Assembly (NCBI GenBank): GCA_913043225.1
Contig: CAJWLU010000003.1
Coordinates: 1-64,000 of the forward strand
Direction: 5' to 3'
Origin: an uncultured Acidobacteriota bacterium
Lineage (GTDB): Bacteria > Acidobacteriota > Vicinamibacteria > Vicinamibacterales > UBA8438
DNA: 64,000 nucleotides
Of the stretch, positions 39,561-49,028 are shown piece by piece; positions within the stretch are counted from its first letter, which is position 1, and every line of letters begins with the position of its first letter. The translations under genes and the position numbers were made by a program. Below the pieces are notes generated by a model. The model was not told the DNA's origin, did no database searches, and saw nothing but the letters and a program-made list of their open reading frames with translations.

Positions 39561-39790
39561 GGTCCCGTTCACGGCGTTTTTCGACTTTCGGCGGTGGGAA
39601 CCACGGAGATGTGGCCTCACCGCCGTTTCTCGATCTGGGAATTGGCAGAAAGTCGGCCTAAAGAAGCGGGCTTTGTGGAACGAAGCCTGCAGGGCGAGCA
39701 AGGCGCGCCCTGCGGCGTGGCTCGGGGCGAAGGGGGTCCCACTAACGCCGCGAGGGGCTTGGGGCGAAGCCCCATGGATGGAGGACAGTC

Positions 39791-41515
39791 ATGAGTGACA
39801 GACGATTGATTCTGGCCGTACTCGCGGGAGCGTTGCTCGTCAGCCCGGCCGCCGCGAGCGCCGCCGACTATCACCACGTCCACCTGACCGCGTCCAACGC
39901 CACCGAGGCGATCGGCTGGTACTCGCGGCATCTGGACTGCGAGCCGTTGTCAGATCGTGACGACGGCGTGGAGTGCGACGGAGTACAGATCGTCTTCGAC
40001 TCGACGCCGACGCTTGGCAGCAGCCAGCGGACCGGCATCGATCACCTCTCGTTCTCCTATGAGGATCTGACCGCCAAGATGGCGGAGCTCGAGGGCGTCG
40101 GCGTTGGGGGCCGCGGCGTGCGGTTGCAGAGGTTCGACGACGGGGCGACGCTGCGCGACGTGCAAGGTCTCTTCAAGTACGGGTTCATCTTCGACCCCTG
40201 GGGAACCCGTATCGAGCTGGTCGAAGACAGCGACACCCTCGGGTTCCACCACATCCACCTTGCATCGACCGACCCCGAGGCGACGCTGGACTGGTATCAG
40301 CAGACCTTCGGCGGTGAGCGCGCCCAGCTCAGGGACATGCTCGATGGGGTGATGCTGAACGACATCTGGCTGCTGGCGATGGAGCACACGGAAGGCCAGC
40401 CGGCCGCCACCGCCGGTCGCGCTATCGACCACATTGCGTTCGAGGTGGACGACCTCGACGCGCTGACCGGTCAGCTGCAGGGCGCCGGCATCTCGATCCT
40501 CGAGGCGCCCGGCGTGCCCGAGGGTGGCCGCACCGCGGCTCGGCGGGCGTTCGTGTCCGGGCCGGACAATGTGAGCCTGGCGCTGGTCGAGGCCGGGTTT
40601 GCGGGCGTGGACGTGGCCGTCGACCATGGCACCGACATCACCACCGAGCAGGTGGAGAACTACACCGTGCCCAGAACCCCATGGGGCGACCCGGACCTGC
40701 AGGCGGTCTGGACCGGTGACGCCGCGCACGGGATCCCGCTGGAGCGGCCAGAAGAGCTGTCCGACTCCGATGTGCTGACGCCGGAGCAGGCGGCGGCGCG
40801 TCGGGAGCGCGGCACGCTCGGCAGCATCTGGGGCTACGAGTCGGAGTGGCGTGACACGACGCTCGGCTATGTGAAGTCTGCGCCGTCGCGGCAGGTGGCC
40901 ATGGTCATCGATCCGCCGGACGGTCGCATTCCGCCGATGACGCCAGAGGCCCTGGCCGCTCGCAACGCCAACCGTCGCGACATGTCCGGGCGGACGCCGG
41001 TGGCTGGCCCCGAGGATCTGAGCATCTTCGTGCGCTGCATCACGCGCGGGCAGGTGCCGTCGCCGGGCATCTACAACAACGGCCTGCAGATCGTGCAAGG
41101 ACCGGGGTATGTGGCGATCACGCAGGAGATGATTCACGAGACCCGCATCATCCCGACGACGCCGACGCCGAGGCCCGGTCCGGATGTGACGGCGTATCGG
41201 GGGTACTCCCGGGGGCGCTGGGAGGGTGACACCCTGGTGGTGGAGATCACCAACTTCAACGAGGGGGGGTCGTATCGTGGTTCCAGCCCGGATCTGGTCA
41301 TGACCGAGCGCTACACTCGCACCAGCCCAGACACGCTGCAGTATGCGTTCACGATGGACGACCCGTCGGTGTGGACGCAGCCCTGGACCGCCACCTTCAC
41401 CTTCGTCCGTGACGAGACCCAGTACGAGCTGGTCGAGTATGCGTGCCACGAGGGCAACTACGGCATGCCCAACATCCTGAGTGGCGCGCGGGCACGCGAG
41501 GCCGACGGTCAGTAG
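39791..41515 (+). CDS. Secreted fusion: two VOC/glyoxalase domains plus EYACHEGN domain (copy 1)
   Basis: YHHVHL, IDHLSF, DPWGTRIELVE, FHHIHL, IDHIAF; then PRTPWGDPDLQ...VEYACHEGNY; GGAGGA RBS. Confidence 0.85.
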   Translation: MSDRRLILAVLAGALLVSPAAASAADYHHVHLTASNATEAIGWYSRHLDCEPLSDRDDGVECDGVQIVFDSTPTLGSSQRTGIDHLSFSYEDLTAKMAELEGVGVGGRGVRLQRFDDGATLRDVQGLFKYGFIFDPWGTRIELVEDSDTLGFHHIHLASTDPEATLDWYQQTFGGERAQLRDMLDGVMLNDIWLLAMEHTEGQPAATAGRAIDHIAFEVDDLDALTGQLQGAGISILEAPGVPEGGRTAARRAFVSGPDNVSLALVEAGFAGVDVAVDHGTDITTEQVENYTVPRTPWGDPDLQAVWTGDAAHGIPLERPEELSDSDVLTPEQAAARRERGTLGSIWGYESEWRDTTLGYVKSAPSRQVAMVIDPPDGRIPPMTPEALAARNANRRDMSGRTPVAGPEDLSIFVRCITRGQVPSPGIYNNGLQIVQGPGYVAITQEMIHETRIIPTTPTPRPGPDVTAYRGYSRGRWEGDTLVVEITNFNEGGSYRGSSPDLVMTERYTRTSPDTLQYAFTMDDPSVWTQPWTATFTFVRDETQYELVEYACHEGNYGMPNILSGARAREADGQ

Positions 41516-41538
41516 GCAGATCCGGAAAGGAAATCCAG

Positions 41539-43263
41539 ATGGTGTTTCGACGTCCGAGTCTTGCGCTGGTAGCCGGCGCGCTGTTTCTCTCGCCCCTTGC
41601 GGCTGACGCTGCCGACTACCACCACGTGCATATCACCTCGTCGGACGCCACCGAGGCGGTGCGCTGGTATTCGCGTCACCTCGACTGCCAGCCCCTGTCG
41701 GACCGTGACGACTCGGTCGACTGCCAGGGCGTGCAGGTCACCTTTGATTCGCAGCCATCGCTCGGGAGCAGCCAGCGGACCGGCATCGATCGTCTCTCGT
41801 TCTCCTACGCGGATCTCACCGCGAAGATGGGCGAGATCGAGTCGGTGGGGGTCGGCGGGGCCGGCGTCCGGTTGCAGCGGTTCCCGGACGGATCCACGCT
41901 GCAGGATCAGCCCGGGCTCTACAAGCATGGGTTCATCTTCGACCCGTGGGGCACCCGGATCGAGCTGGTCGAGGACAGCGACAGGATCGGGTTCCATTCC
42001 ATCCATCTCAGCGCCACCGACCCCGCGGCGACACTGGCCTGGTACGAGGAGCACTTCGGCGGTGAGGCCGCGCAGCTCCGAGGGCAGATCGACGGTCTGC
42101 GGTTCGGCGACATCTGGCTCTTCGCGTTGCGGCACGAGGACGGGGTGCCGGCGGCCACGACCGGTCGAGCCATCGACCACATCGCGTTCGAGCTCGAGGA
42201 CGTCGACCGCGACAGTGTTCAGCTGGCCCAGGCCGGCGTCTCGTTCACCCAGCAGCCGGCGGTGCCGGAAGGTGGTCGCACCGGGGCCCGGCGCGGGTTC
42301 GTCGCGGCGCCCGACAATGTCAGCGTCGCGGTGGTCGAGGCCGGTTTCGCCGGGGTGGCCCGCTCGATGGACGACGTGGTCGACATCACGACCCAGCAGC
42401 GGGACTACACCGTGCCTCGCACCCCGTGGGGAGAGCCCGACTTCCAGGGGGTCTGGACCGGCGACGCCGCCCACGGGATTCCGATGGAGCGCCCCCGGGA
42501 CCTCACCGACACCGAGGTGCTGACGCCCGAGCAGGCGGCGGCGCGTCGCGAACGGGGCACGCTCGGCAGCATCTGGGGCTACGAGTCGGAGTGGCGCGAT
42601 ACGACCCTCGGCTACGTCAAGTCCGCGCCGTCACAGCAGGTGGCGATGGTGATCGATCCGCCGGATGGGCGGATCCCCGATTTCACGCCAGAGGCTCAGG
42701 CCCGTCTGGCAAACCGGGTCGACACGTCCGGCGTGCGCCGGCTCGCGGCTGGTCCCGAGGATCTGAGCCCCTGGGTGCGCTGCATCACTAGGACCCTGAT
42801 CCCGACCCCGCAGGTCTACAACAACGGTATGCAGATCGTGCAGGGGCCGGGCTACGTGGCCGTCCAGCGCGAGATGATTCACGAGACCCGGGTCATCCCC
42901 ACCGAGCCGAAGCCGCACGTGGGCGAGTCGATCACCTCCTGGCTGGGCGATGCTCGCGGGCACTGGGACGGCGATACGCTGGTGGTGGAGATCAAGAACC
43001 TCAACGGCCGGGTGCCGTTCCGTGGGACCACCGACGCGCTCACGCTCACCGAGCGTTACACGCGCACCGGACCAGATACGCTGCAGTATCAGTTCACCAT
43101 CGACGATCCGGAAGCGTTTACCCGCCCCTGGACCGGGATGTTCACCTACGTGCGTGACGAGACGCAGTACGAGCTCGTGGAGTACGCCTGTCACGAGGGG
43201 AACTACGGGATGCCGAACATTCTGACCGGTGCTCGCGCTCGAGAGCAGGAAGAAGGCCGTTAG
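41539..43263 (+). CDS. Secreted fusion: two VOC/glyoxalase domains plus EYACHEGN domain (copy 2)
   Basis: Collinear paralog of 39791-41515; start ATG 41539 behind AAGGA. Confidence 0.85.
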   Translation: MVFRRPSLALVAGALFLSPLAADAADYHHVHITSSDATEAVRWYSRHLDCQPLSDRDDSVDCQGVQVTFDSQPSLGSSQRTGIDRLSFSYADLTAKMGEIESVGVGGAGVRLQRFPDGSTLQDQPGLYKHGFIFDPWGTRIELVEDSDRIGFHSIHLSATDPAATLAWYEEHFGGEAAQLRGQIDGLRFGDIWLFALRHEDGVPAATTGRAIDHIAFELEDVDRDSVQLAQAGVSFTQQPAVPEGGRTGARRGFVAAPDNVSVAVVEAGFAGVARSMDDVVDITTQQRDYTVPRTPWGEPDFQGVWTGDAAHGIPMERPRDLTDTEVLTPEQAAARRERGTLGSIWGYESEWRDTTLGYVKSAPSQQVAMVIDPPDGRIPDFTPEAQARLANRVDTSGVRRLAAGPEDLSPWVRCITRTLIPTPQVYNNGMQIVQGPGYVAVQREMIHETRVIPTEPKPHVGESITSWLGDARGHWDGDTLVVEIKNLNGRVPFRGTTDALTLTERYTRTGPDTLQYQFTIDDPEAFTRPWTGMFTYVRDETQYELVEYACHEGNYGMPNILTGARAREQEEGR

Positions 43264-43354
43264 CGTCCCGCCGAACGGGGTTGGGTCAAGACTGTGGCCG
43301 GACCGGCCACGAGCGCCACCGCCGCGAGTTGGTGCGAGGCTGCCACGCTGCTGG

Positions 43355-45103
43355 TTACCCCTCGGGCAGGGCAAAGATGAACAGGTTGTTGCCGATGCTT
43401 GGTCGGTGGTCAGGGTTCAGCCGGGCCAGTACACCGGTGTTTAGCGAGCGGCCGGTGCTGACCGCCACATACTGCTGGCCCTCGATGGCGTAGGTCACCG
43501 GAAACCCGGTCACTGGCGATCCGATGTTGATCTCCCAGAGCAGTTCTCCGGTGTCCTGGTCGATAGCCTTGAAGCGGCCATTCGAGTCGCCGAAGAACAG
43601 CAGGTGCCCGCCGGTGGCGACCACCGACATCGTGAAGGCCTCCTGATCGTGGCTCCAGGTGACCTCGCCGGTCTCCACCGAGATCGCCTCAATGGTGCCG
43701 AGTTGCTGTTCGCCAGGCGTGATCTGCGCCCGGACGTTTAGTGAGTACCAGCCGTTTCCGGAGTCGACCATGACCCGGCCACAGGTATGGCGGAGCGGCA
43801 TGTACATGTGGTTCGTGAGGGGGCTATAGGCGCCTGCCTCCCAGTCCTTGCCGCCTTGCCAGATGGGGCACGCCATGACCTCTTGGCCGTTTCCCGTGAA
43901 GACCACCTCGGAGTTTTCGGTCACCGCACCGGTCGCTCCGTCGATATGACTTACCACGTTCTGGCTGACCGACGGGGTTGCCCAGAGAAACTCGCCTGTC
44001 TCGCGATCGAGCGTGTAGATGATCCCGGTCTTGCCCGGGATGCCGGTGACCACCCGCCGGCGCTCCCCTGACTCCAGTCGCGGGTTGATCCAGGCGACTG
44101 CCTCCGGGTTCGGCGCCACCGCGGTGTCGACCAGGATCCGTTCGAACGGGTGATCCAGATCCCAGTGGTCGTTTAAGTGTTGGTAGTACCAGCGGATCTC
44201 GCCGGTGGTCCCGTCGAGCGCGAGTGTGGAGTTGTGGTACAGGTGCGTGTTAGTGACGCCGCCCACCAGGAACTTTGGCGCGGGCGAGGTTACTGACGTG
44301 CCGATGTAGACGAGGTCCAGTTCGGGGTCGTAGCTCGGCACCATCCAGGCGCCCACGTGCTTGCGCTCCTCGTAGGGCAGCCCTCCCCAGGTCTCGTCGC
44401 CAGGTTCCCCTGGGCGGGGGATGGTCCGGCGGCGCCACAGCTCCTCTCCAGTGCGCGCGTTGTGGGCGGTAATGACGCAGGCGTCTGGGCCAGAGTCCGG
44501 CATACAGCCCCGGCCAGAGTAGATCCTGCCATTGCCGATGATCGGACCGGATGACTGGTGGGCCGGTAGTTCCCGATAGTCGAGGATCTGAGTCTCCCAC
44601 ACTAGTTCCCCGGACGAGGCGTCGAGCGCGAACACGTAGTCGTCGGCGCTGGTGTCGATGATGAGGCCTTCGTAGATTGCCAGGTTGCGGTTGATCCTGG
44701 AGAGCATGGGGATGATGTAGTCGTCCAGATCGTCCGGCAGGTTCCGACGATACTCCCAGACGAGGTCGCCGGTGGCGGCGTCCAGTGCCTGGATGACGTC
44801 GCCCGGATTCGGCATGTACATCATGCCGTCGTAGACCAGCGGAGTGCCCTGGTTGCTGCCGTCGTTTAGCGCCCGGGTCCACACCATGCGCAGTTGGTCG
44901 ACATTGCTCCGGTCGATCGTGTCGAGCGGGCTGTAGCCCCAGCCATTCAGGGTGCGCCGCCACATCGGCCAGTCTTCGGGCGCCGGGTTTTGCAGCATGG
45001 CGTCGGTCACCGGGACGAAGTCGGCCGGCTGGGCTGCGGCTGGGCCGGCCAGGACGGTCGTCACCAACAGGAGTGCGGCGGTCGCGCTACGGGTATGGGG
45101 CAT
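43355..45103 (-). CDS. Secreted PQQ-dependent dehydrogenase-like protein
   Basis: VTDAMLQNP..EDWPMWRRT, TPLVYDGMMY, DHWDLDHPFE, PVTYAIEGQQYV; start ATG 45103. Confidence 0.88.
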   Translation of the reverse strand: MPHTRSATAALLLVTTVLAGPAAAQPADFVPVTDAMLQNPAPEDWPMWRRTLNGWGYSPLDTIDRSNVDQLRMVWTRALNDGSNQGTPLVYDGMMYMPNPGDVIQALDAATGDLVWEYRRNLPDDLDDYIIPMLSRINRNLAIYEGLIIDTSADDYVFALDASSGELVWETQILDYRELPAHQSSGPIIGNGRIYSGRGCMPDSGPDACVITAHNARTGEELWRRRTIPRPGEPGDETWGGLPYEERKHVGAWMVPSYDPELDLVYIGTSVTSPAPKFLVGGVTNTHLYHNSTLALDGTTGEIRWYYQHLNDHWDLDHPFERILVDTAVAPNPEAVAWINPRLESGERRRVVTGIPGKTGIIYTLDRETGEFLWATPSVSQNVVSHIDGATGAVTENSEVVFTGNGQEVMACPIWQGGKDWEAGAYSPLTNHMYMPLRHTCGRVMVDSGNGWYSLNVRAQITPGEQQLGTIEAISVETGEVTWSHDQEAFTMSVVATGGHLLFFGDSNGRFKAIDQDTGELLWEINIGSPVTGFPVTYAIEGQQYVAVSTGRSLNTGVLARLNPDHRPSIGNNLFIFALPEG

Positions 45104-45123
45104 TTCGACTCTGCCAGGTTGGG

Positions 45124-46134
45124 TTAGTTCGAAGCGCGACGACGCCCAGACGGACGCTGTCCAAGTGCCCGTTGCATCACTTCGTACTGCACTCCGATGA
45201 TTCGGCCGATCGACTGGATCCAGTAGTCGGCGTCGTGACGGCCAGCCATCTGCATATAGTCGAACGGGATGTCGCGTTCCATCAAGATGCCGGCTAGCTC
45301 TCGCGCGCCGCTGATGAGGCGGTCTTCGGTGCCACAATCTAGGTAGATGTGAGGCAGTGCCTCCTGCGGCACCTGATCGATCAGGGTGAACGGGTCGTAG
45401 GCGTCGGCGTCCTCGGCGGTCACGAACTCGGTTCCCTCCGGGGTCCGTTCCACCTGGCTACTGAAGCCGTCGATGCCGATGAGCGGGTTCGGTTGTTGCC
45501 GCCGCCGTTCGCGTTCGGCCCGCTGTGCTTCGGTTAACTGCCGTCTCGGCTGGCGGGGTGGCTCCTCTCCACGCATCCGTCTTGAAACCTGCCGCGCATG
45601 CTCCAGCGCGCCGCTGGTGCTCCCGATGGAGATGAAGAGCTCAGGGTTGCGCAGACCCAAGCTTATCGAGCCGTAGCCGCCCATGGAGAGTCCTGCGATC
45701 GCCCGACCCTCTCGTCTGGCGATCGTCCGGAAGTTCCAGTCCACGTGGCTCACCACATCCACCACGATGTGGTCTTCCCAGTTGTTGGTCTGGCCACCGG
45801 TGCTTTCGGCCCAGTTGGCGTACCACGAGTTCCCGCCGTCGGGCATCACCACGATGAGGTCGTCGTAGAGGCTGGCGTAGAACGGCGTGCCGTTGGCGAG
45901 TCCCCAGGCGGTGTAGTTCTGGGTCAGCCCGTGCAGGAGATACAGCACCGGATACCGTTCGGTCGACGCCGCATAGTCGCTGGGTAGCAGGATGTTGTAT
46001 TTCATGTCGCGGTCGACGGCCGGGCTGTAGAACTCGACCGTCAGTAACTCCGGTGTCTGGGCCGTGGCTGGCTGACCCAGCCCCACCAGGACAACCGCCG
46101 TCACCGTTGTTACGAGCGCTCTCTTCAGAGTCAT
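45124..46134 (-). CDS. Secreted esterase (alpha/beta hydrolase, S-formylglutathione hydrolase/tributyrin esterase-like)
   Basis: YPVLYLLHGL, AGLSMGGYG, DCGTED, GRHD..YW. Confidence 0.88.
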   Translation of the reverse strand: MTLKRALVTTVTAVVLVGLGQPATAQTPELLTVEFYSPAVDRDMKYNILLPSDYAASTERYPVLYLLHGLTQNYTAWGLANGTPFYASLYDDLIVVMPDGGNSWYANWAESTGGQTNNWEDHIVVDVVSHVDWNFRTIARREGRAIAGLSMGGYGSISLGLRNPELFISIGSTSGALEHARQVSRRMRGEEPPRQPRRQLTEAQRAERERRRQQPNPLIGIDGFSSQVERTPEGTEFVTAEDADAYDPFTLIDQVPQEALPHIYLDCGTEDRLISGARELAGILMERDIPFDYMQMAGRHDADYWIQSIGRIIGVQYEVMQRALGQRPSGRRRASN

Positions 46135-46201
46135 GTATTCTCCTGCCGGTTGCTGTCGCGTTCGCCCTTCATCTTAATCCCGTCAGTCCGAGGTGCATCC
46201 G

Positions 46202-47512
46202 TCAATAGGGGAGGCCGGTGCGCCAGTCACCAATCGCCAGCTCCCGGCTCGCGAACTGGTAGATCACGAGCCGTTTGCCGGCCAGACGGTCTCGTCCCTG
46301 CTGCCGCTGAGCGGCCAGTAGCTGACGCGTGGCGTAGCTTCCGGCGTCGTTCTGACGCAGCGCATCGAGGGGACGACCCAGGCGTAGGCTCAGCTGTTCG
46401 GTTAGACCCGCCGCGGTACCCCAACCAAGCGCCTCCAGTGAGTAGATGTTGGCGAAGCTATCCCCAAGTAACAGGATCTCGGCGGTGGGATCAGGTTGCC
46501 ACCCCTGCCCTTCCGGATCCAGTACCTGCGTCAGCGTCACCCGTTCGGCCGCTCGGTCCGCTTGTGCCTGAGGCAGGTTCAGGAGCGCCAGCGTGTCGCC
46601 CTGGTTCCTTGCCTGGCGGGTGGCGGTCGAGTAGGTGCGTGGCGCTCCAGCCCAGTCGAGGTCGAGCGACTCGATGTGGTCTGCGAGTAGGTCACTGGCC
46701 AGGTCGACGCCGGCTGGGGTCCAGTGGGTATCGCTTCGAAGATACAGTGGGACGTCGTCGATCTGACGTGCCTGCCAAAAGTCCGCCGTCAGATCGACGA
46801 TGTCGATGCCCTCCGCGCGCACCGCGTCCAACCAGGCCGCCTGCGAGGTGTTGCGCATCGGTTCCACGGCGTTCTCTGCCCGCCGTACGTAGCGGTCGGG
46901 ATAGATGGTGGGTTTGAGGGGCACCGGGACCACGACCAGCGCGATCCCGCGTGCCTGCAAAGCGTCGCGCAGCTCGATGAGTGCAGCCCGGGGATCTGGC
47001 TCGACGTCGGGGTCCGCCAGGAGACGGGCGGCCAGGCGTTCCGGTTCGAGAAACCCTGGCCCCGTCACATACTCCACGTCCGGGCGGTAGAACAGCCAGC
47101 CACCCCGGCCCGGATAGACAGACTCGGTCGAGCCACCCAGCCAGCTGGTGACGACCAGATTCACCATAGGCACCAGTGCGTCGATCAGCGGCGATCGTTC
47201 TTCCAGCGACGTTTCGTAGTCGGCGATGTTGACGCCGACACGCTCGTTGGCTAGCGCCAGCGCGTCGATCCAGCCGTCGACGGCGGCGACCGACGAGATC
47301 TCGTCCCAGACCGGGGGGAGGGTGCGCGGATCGAGCACGCTGGGCCAACGTCCGGGATCGGCCCGCAAGTCCGCGATGGTGTGCCAGCCGAGCGTCCCAA
47401 CCAGGAAAACGAGCGCGCCGGCCGTCAAGAGACGACTGACCGGGGCCGTTACCACGGTCTGGCCCACCTCGTTGCGCGCCTGGCGTTCCCGTTCCTCGGG
47501 TGTGGTCAGCAT
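46202..47512 (-). CDS. AlgJ/AlgX-like SGNH O-acetyltransferase
   Basis: GRGGWLFY, VPVPLK, SDTHWT, LLGDSF. Confidence 0.85.
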   Translation of the reverse strand: MLTTPEERERQARNEVGQTVVTAPVSRLLTAGALVFLVGTLGWHTIADLRADPGRWPSVLDPRTLPPVWDEISSVAAVDGWIDALALANERVGVNIADYETSLEERSPLIDALVPMVNLVVTSWLGGSTESVYPGRGGWLFYRPDVEYVTGPGFLEPERLAARLLADPDVEPDPRAALIELRDALQARGIALVVVPVPLKPTIYPDRYVRRAENAVEPMRNTSQAAWLDAVRAEGIDIVDLTADFWQARQIDDVPLYLRSDTHWTPAGVDLASDLLADHIESLDLDWAGAPRTYSTATRQARNQGDTLALLNLPQAQADRAAERVTLTQVLDPEGQGWQPDPTAEILLLGDSFANIYSLEALGWGTAAGLTEQLSLRLGRPLDALRQNDAGSYATRQLLAAQRQQGRDRLAGKRLVIYQFASRELAIGDWRTGLPY

Positions 47513-47514
47513 GG

Positions 47515-48927
47515 TCAGAAGATGAAGTAGATGAACGGGTTGAATGTCTGGCTAGCCATCAGGCTCACTGAGATGCCGAGCAGCACTAGGCACCACGCGG
47601 CCCTGAGGGGGGTCAGGGTGCGGGTGAAGTTCCAGGTCTGCGGCGCTGTCCACACCACCAGCGCGGCGACGACCAGGGTCAGCGCGTAGTAGGGCTGATA
47701 CAGAAGTCCGCCTACCAGCGCCGACTCGGGTGGGGTCGGGGCCAAGCCGACGAGCGCGGCCAGGTAGCCAAGCGCCACAGCGAGCGTCGGCGCACGGAAG
47801 AACACCCACGCCAGACAGACGATGGCGAACGTGACCGCCGTGGCGGCGGTGGCCGGCAGACGGCGATACAGGCTGGTCTTGCCGCGGCTCCGCTCGAACG
47901 CCAGCATGGCGCCGTGGATGCCGCCCCAGATGATGAAGTTCCAGGAGGCGCCATGCCAGAGACCGCCCAGCAGCATCACGGTCATGAGGTTCACGTAGGT
48001 GCGGAGCCGGCCCTTGCGGTTTCCGCCGAGCGGCAGATAGAGGTAGTCCCGCAGGAAGAACGAGAGTGACAGGTGCCAGCGCTGCCAGAACTCGGTGATC
48101 GACCGGGCCCGATACGGAGAGTCGAAGTTCTTCGGAAACACGAAGCCCAGCATCAGACCGAGCCCGACCGCCATGTCGCTGTAGCCGCTGAAATCGAAGT
48201 AGATCTGGAACGCATACGCCACCAAGCCGTACCAGGCGTCGATGACATGCAGTGCGCCCGCTTCGAAGCAGGTGTCGGCGATCTTGCCAGCCGGGTTCGC
48301 CAGCATGACCTTCTTCGCCATGCCGCAGGCAACGAACGACACGCCACGCGCGAACTTGGCTACGGTGTGTTCCCGGCTGCGAAGCTGGTCGGACACCTCG
48401 CGGAACCTGACAATCGGACCGGCGACCAGCTGTGGGAACAGCGCCACGTAACAGGCGAAATCGATGATGTTCGAGAGCGGGCGCGCCTGACCGCGGTAGA
48501 TGTCGATGGTGTAGCTCATCGACTGGAAGGTGTAGAAGCTGATGCCGAGCGGCAGCGTGACGCGAAAGAAGGTCTCCCACTGCAGGTGGTCGGCGCCCAA
48601 CGCGCTCACCAGCACGTTGTAGTTCTCCAGTCCGAAGTTGAAGTACTTGAAGAATCCGAGCAGACCCAGGTTCGTGACGATGGAGACGGTCAGGGCGGCG
48701 CGGTGTCGTCGGGTGCGCGGCCCTGGTTCGCCCACCACTAGTCCGCAACCGTAGTCGACGAGCGTGCTGAAGAGCATGAGCAGCACGAACGCCGGGTTCC
48801 ACCAGCCGTAGAAGACGTAGCTGAGCGACGCGAGCAGTAGGTGGCGTAGCCGCTGTGGCGCGAGGTAGTAGGCAGCCAGCGTGAGCGGCAGGAAGACGAA
48901 AACGAAGATGTATGAGGAGAAGACCAC
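47515..48927 (-). CDS. algI: AlgI-like MBOAT O-acyltransferase
   Basis: LPLGISFYTFQ, FPQLVAGPIVR, QIYFDFSGYSDMA, FWQRWHLSLS, GLWHGA, FNPFIYF. Confidence 0.92.
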   Translation of the reverse strand: MVFSSYIFVFVFLPLTLAAYYLAPQRLRHLLLASLSYVFYGWWNPAFVLLMLFSTLVDYGCGLVVGEPGPRTRRHRAALTVSIVTNLGLLGFFKYFNFGLENYNVLVSALGADHLQWETFFRVTLPLGISFYTFQSMSYTIDIYRGQARPLSNIIDFACYVALFPQLVAGPIVRFREVSDQLRSREHTVAKFARGVSFVACGMAKKVMLANPAGKIADTCFEAGALHVIDAWYGLVAYAFQIYFDFSGYSDMAVGLGLMLGFVFPKNFDSPYRARSITEFWQRWHLSLSFFLRDYLYLPLGGNRKGRLRTYVNLMTVMLLGGLWHGASWNFIIWGGIHGAMLAFERSRGKTSLYRRLPATAATAVTFAIVCLAWVFFRAPTLAVALGYLAALVGLAPTPPESALVGGLLYQPYYALTLVVAALVVWTAPQTWNFTRTLTPLRAAWCLVLLGISVSLMASQTFNPFIYFIF

Positions 48928-49028
48928 CGCGGTTGCCGGGGGACCAGCCCATCATAGCGCGGAAGCCGGTGCGCACCGTCACGCCATATAATGCGGGCCT
49001 CGACGCGATATCTGACGGGAGGTTCTCC

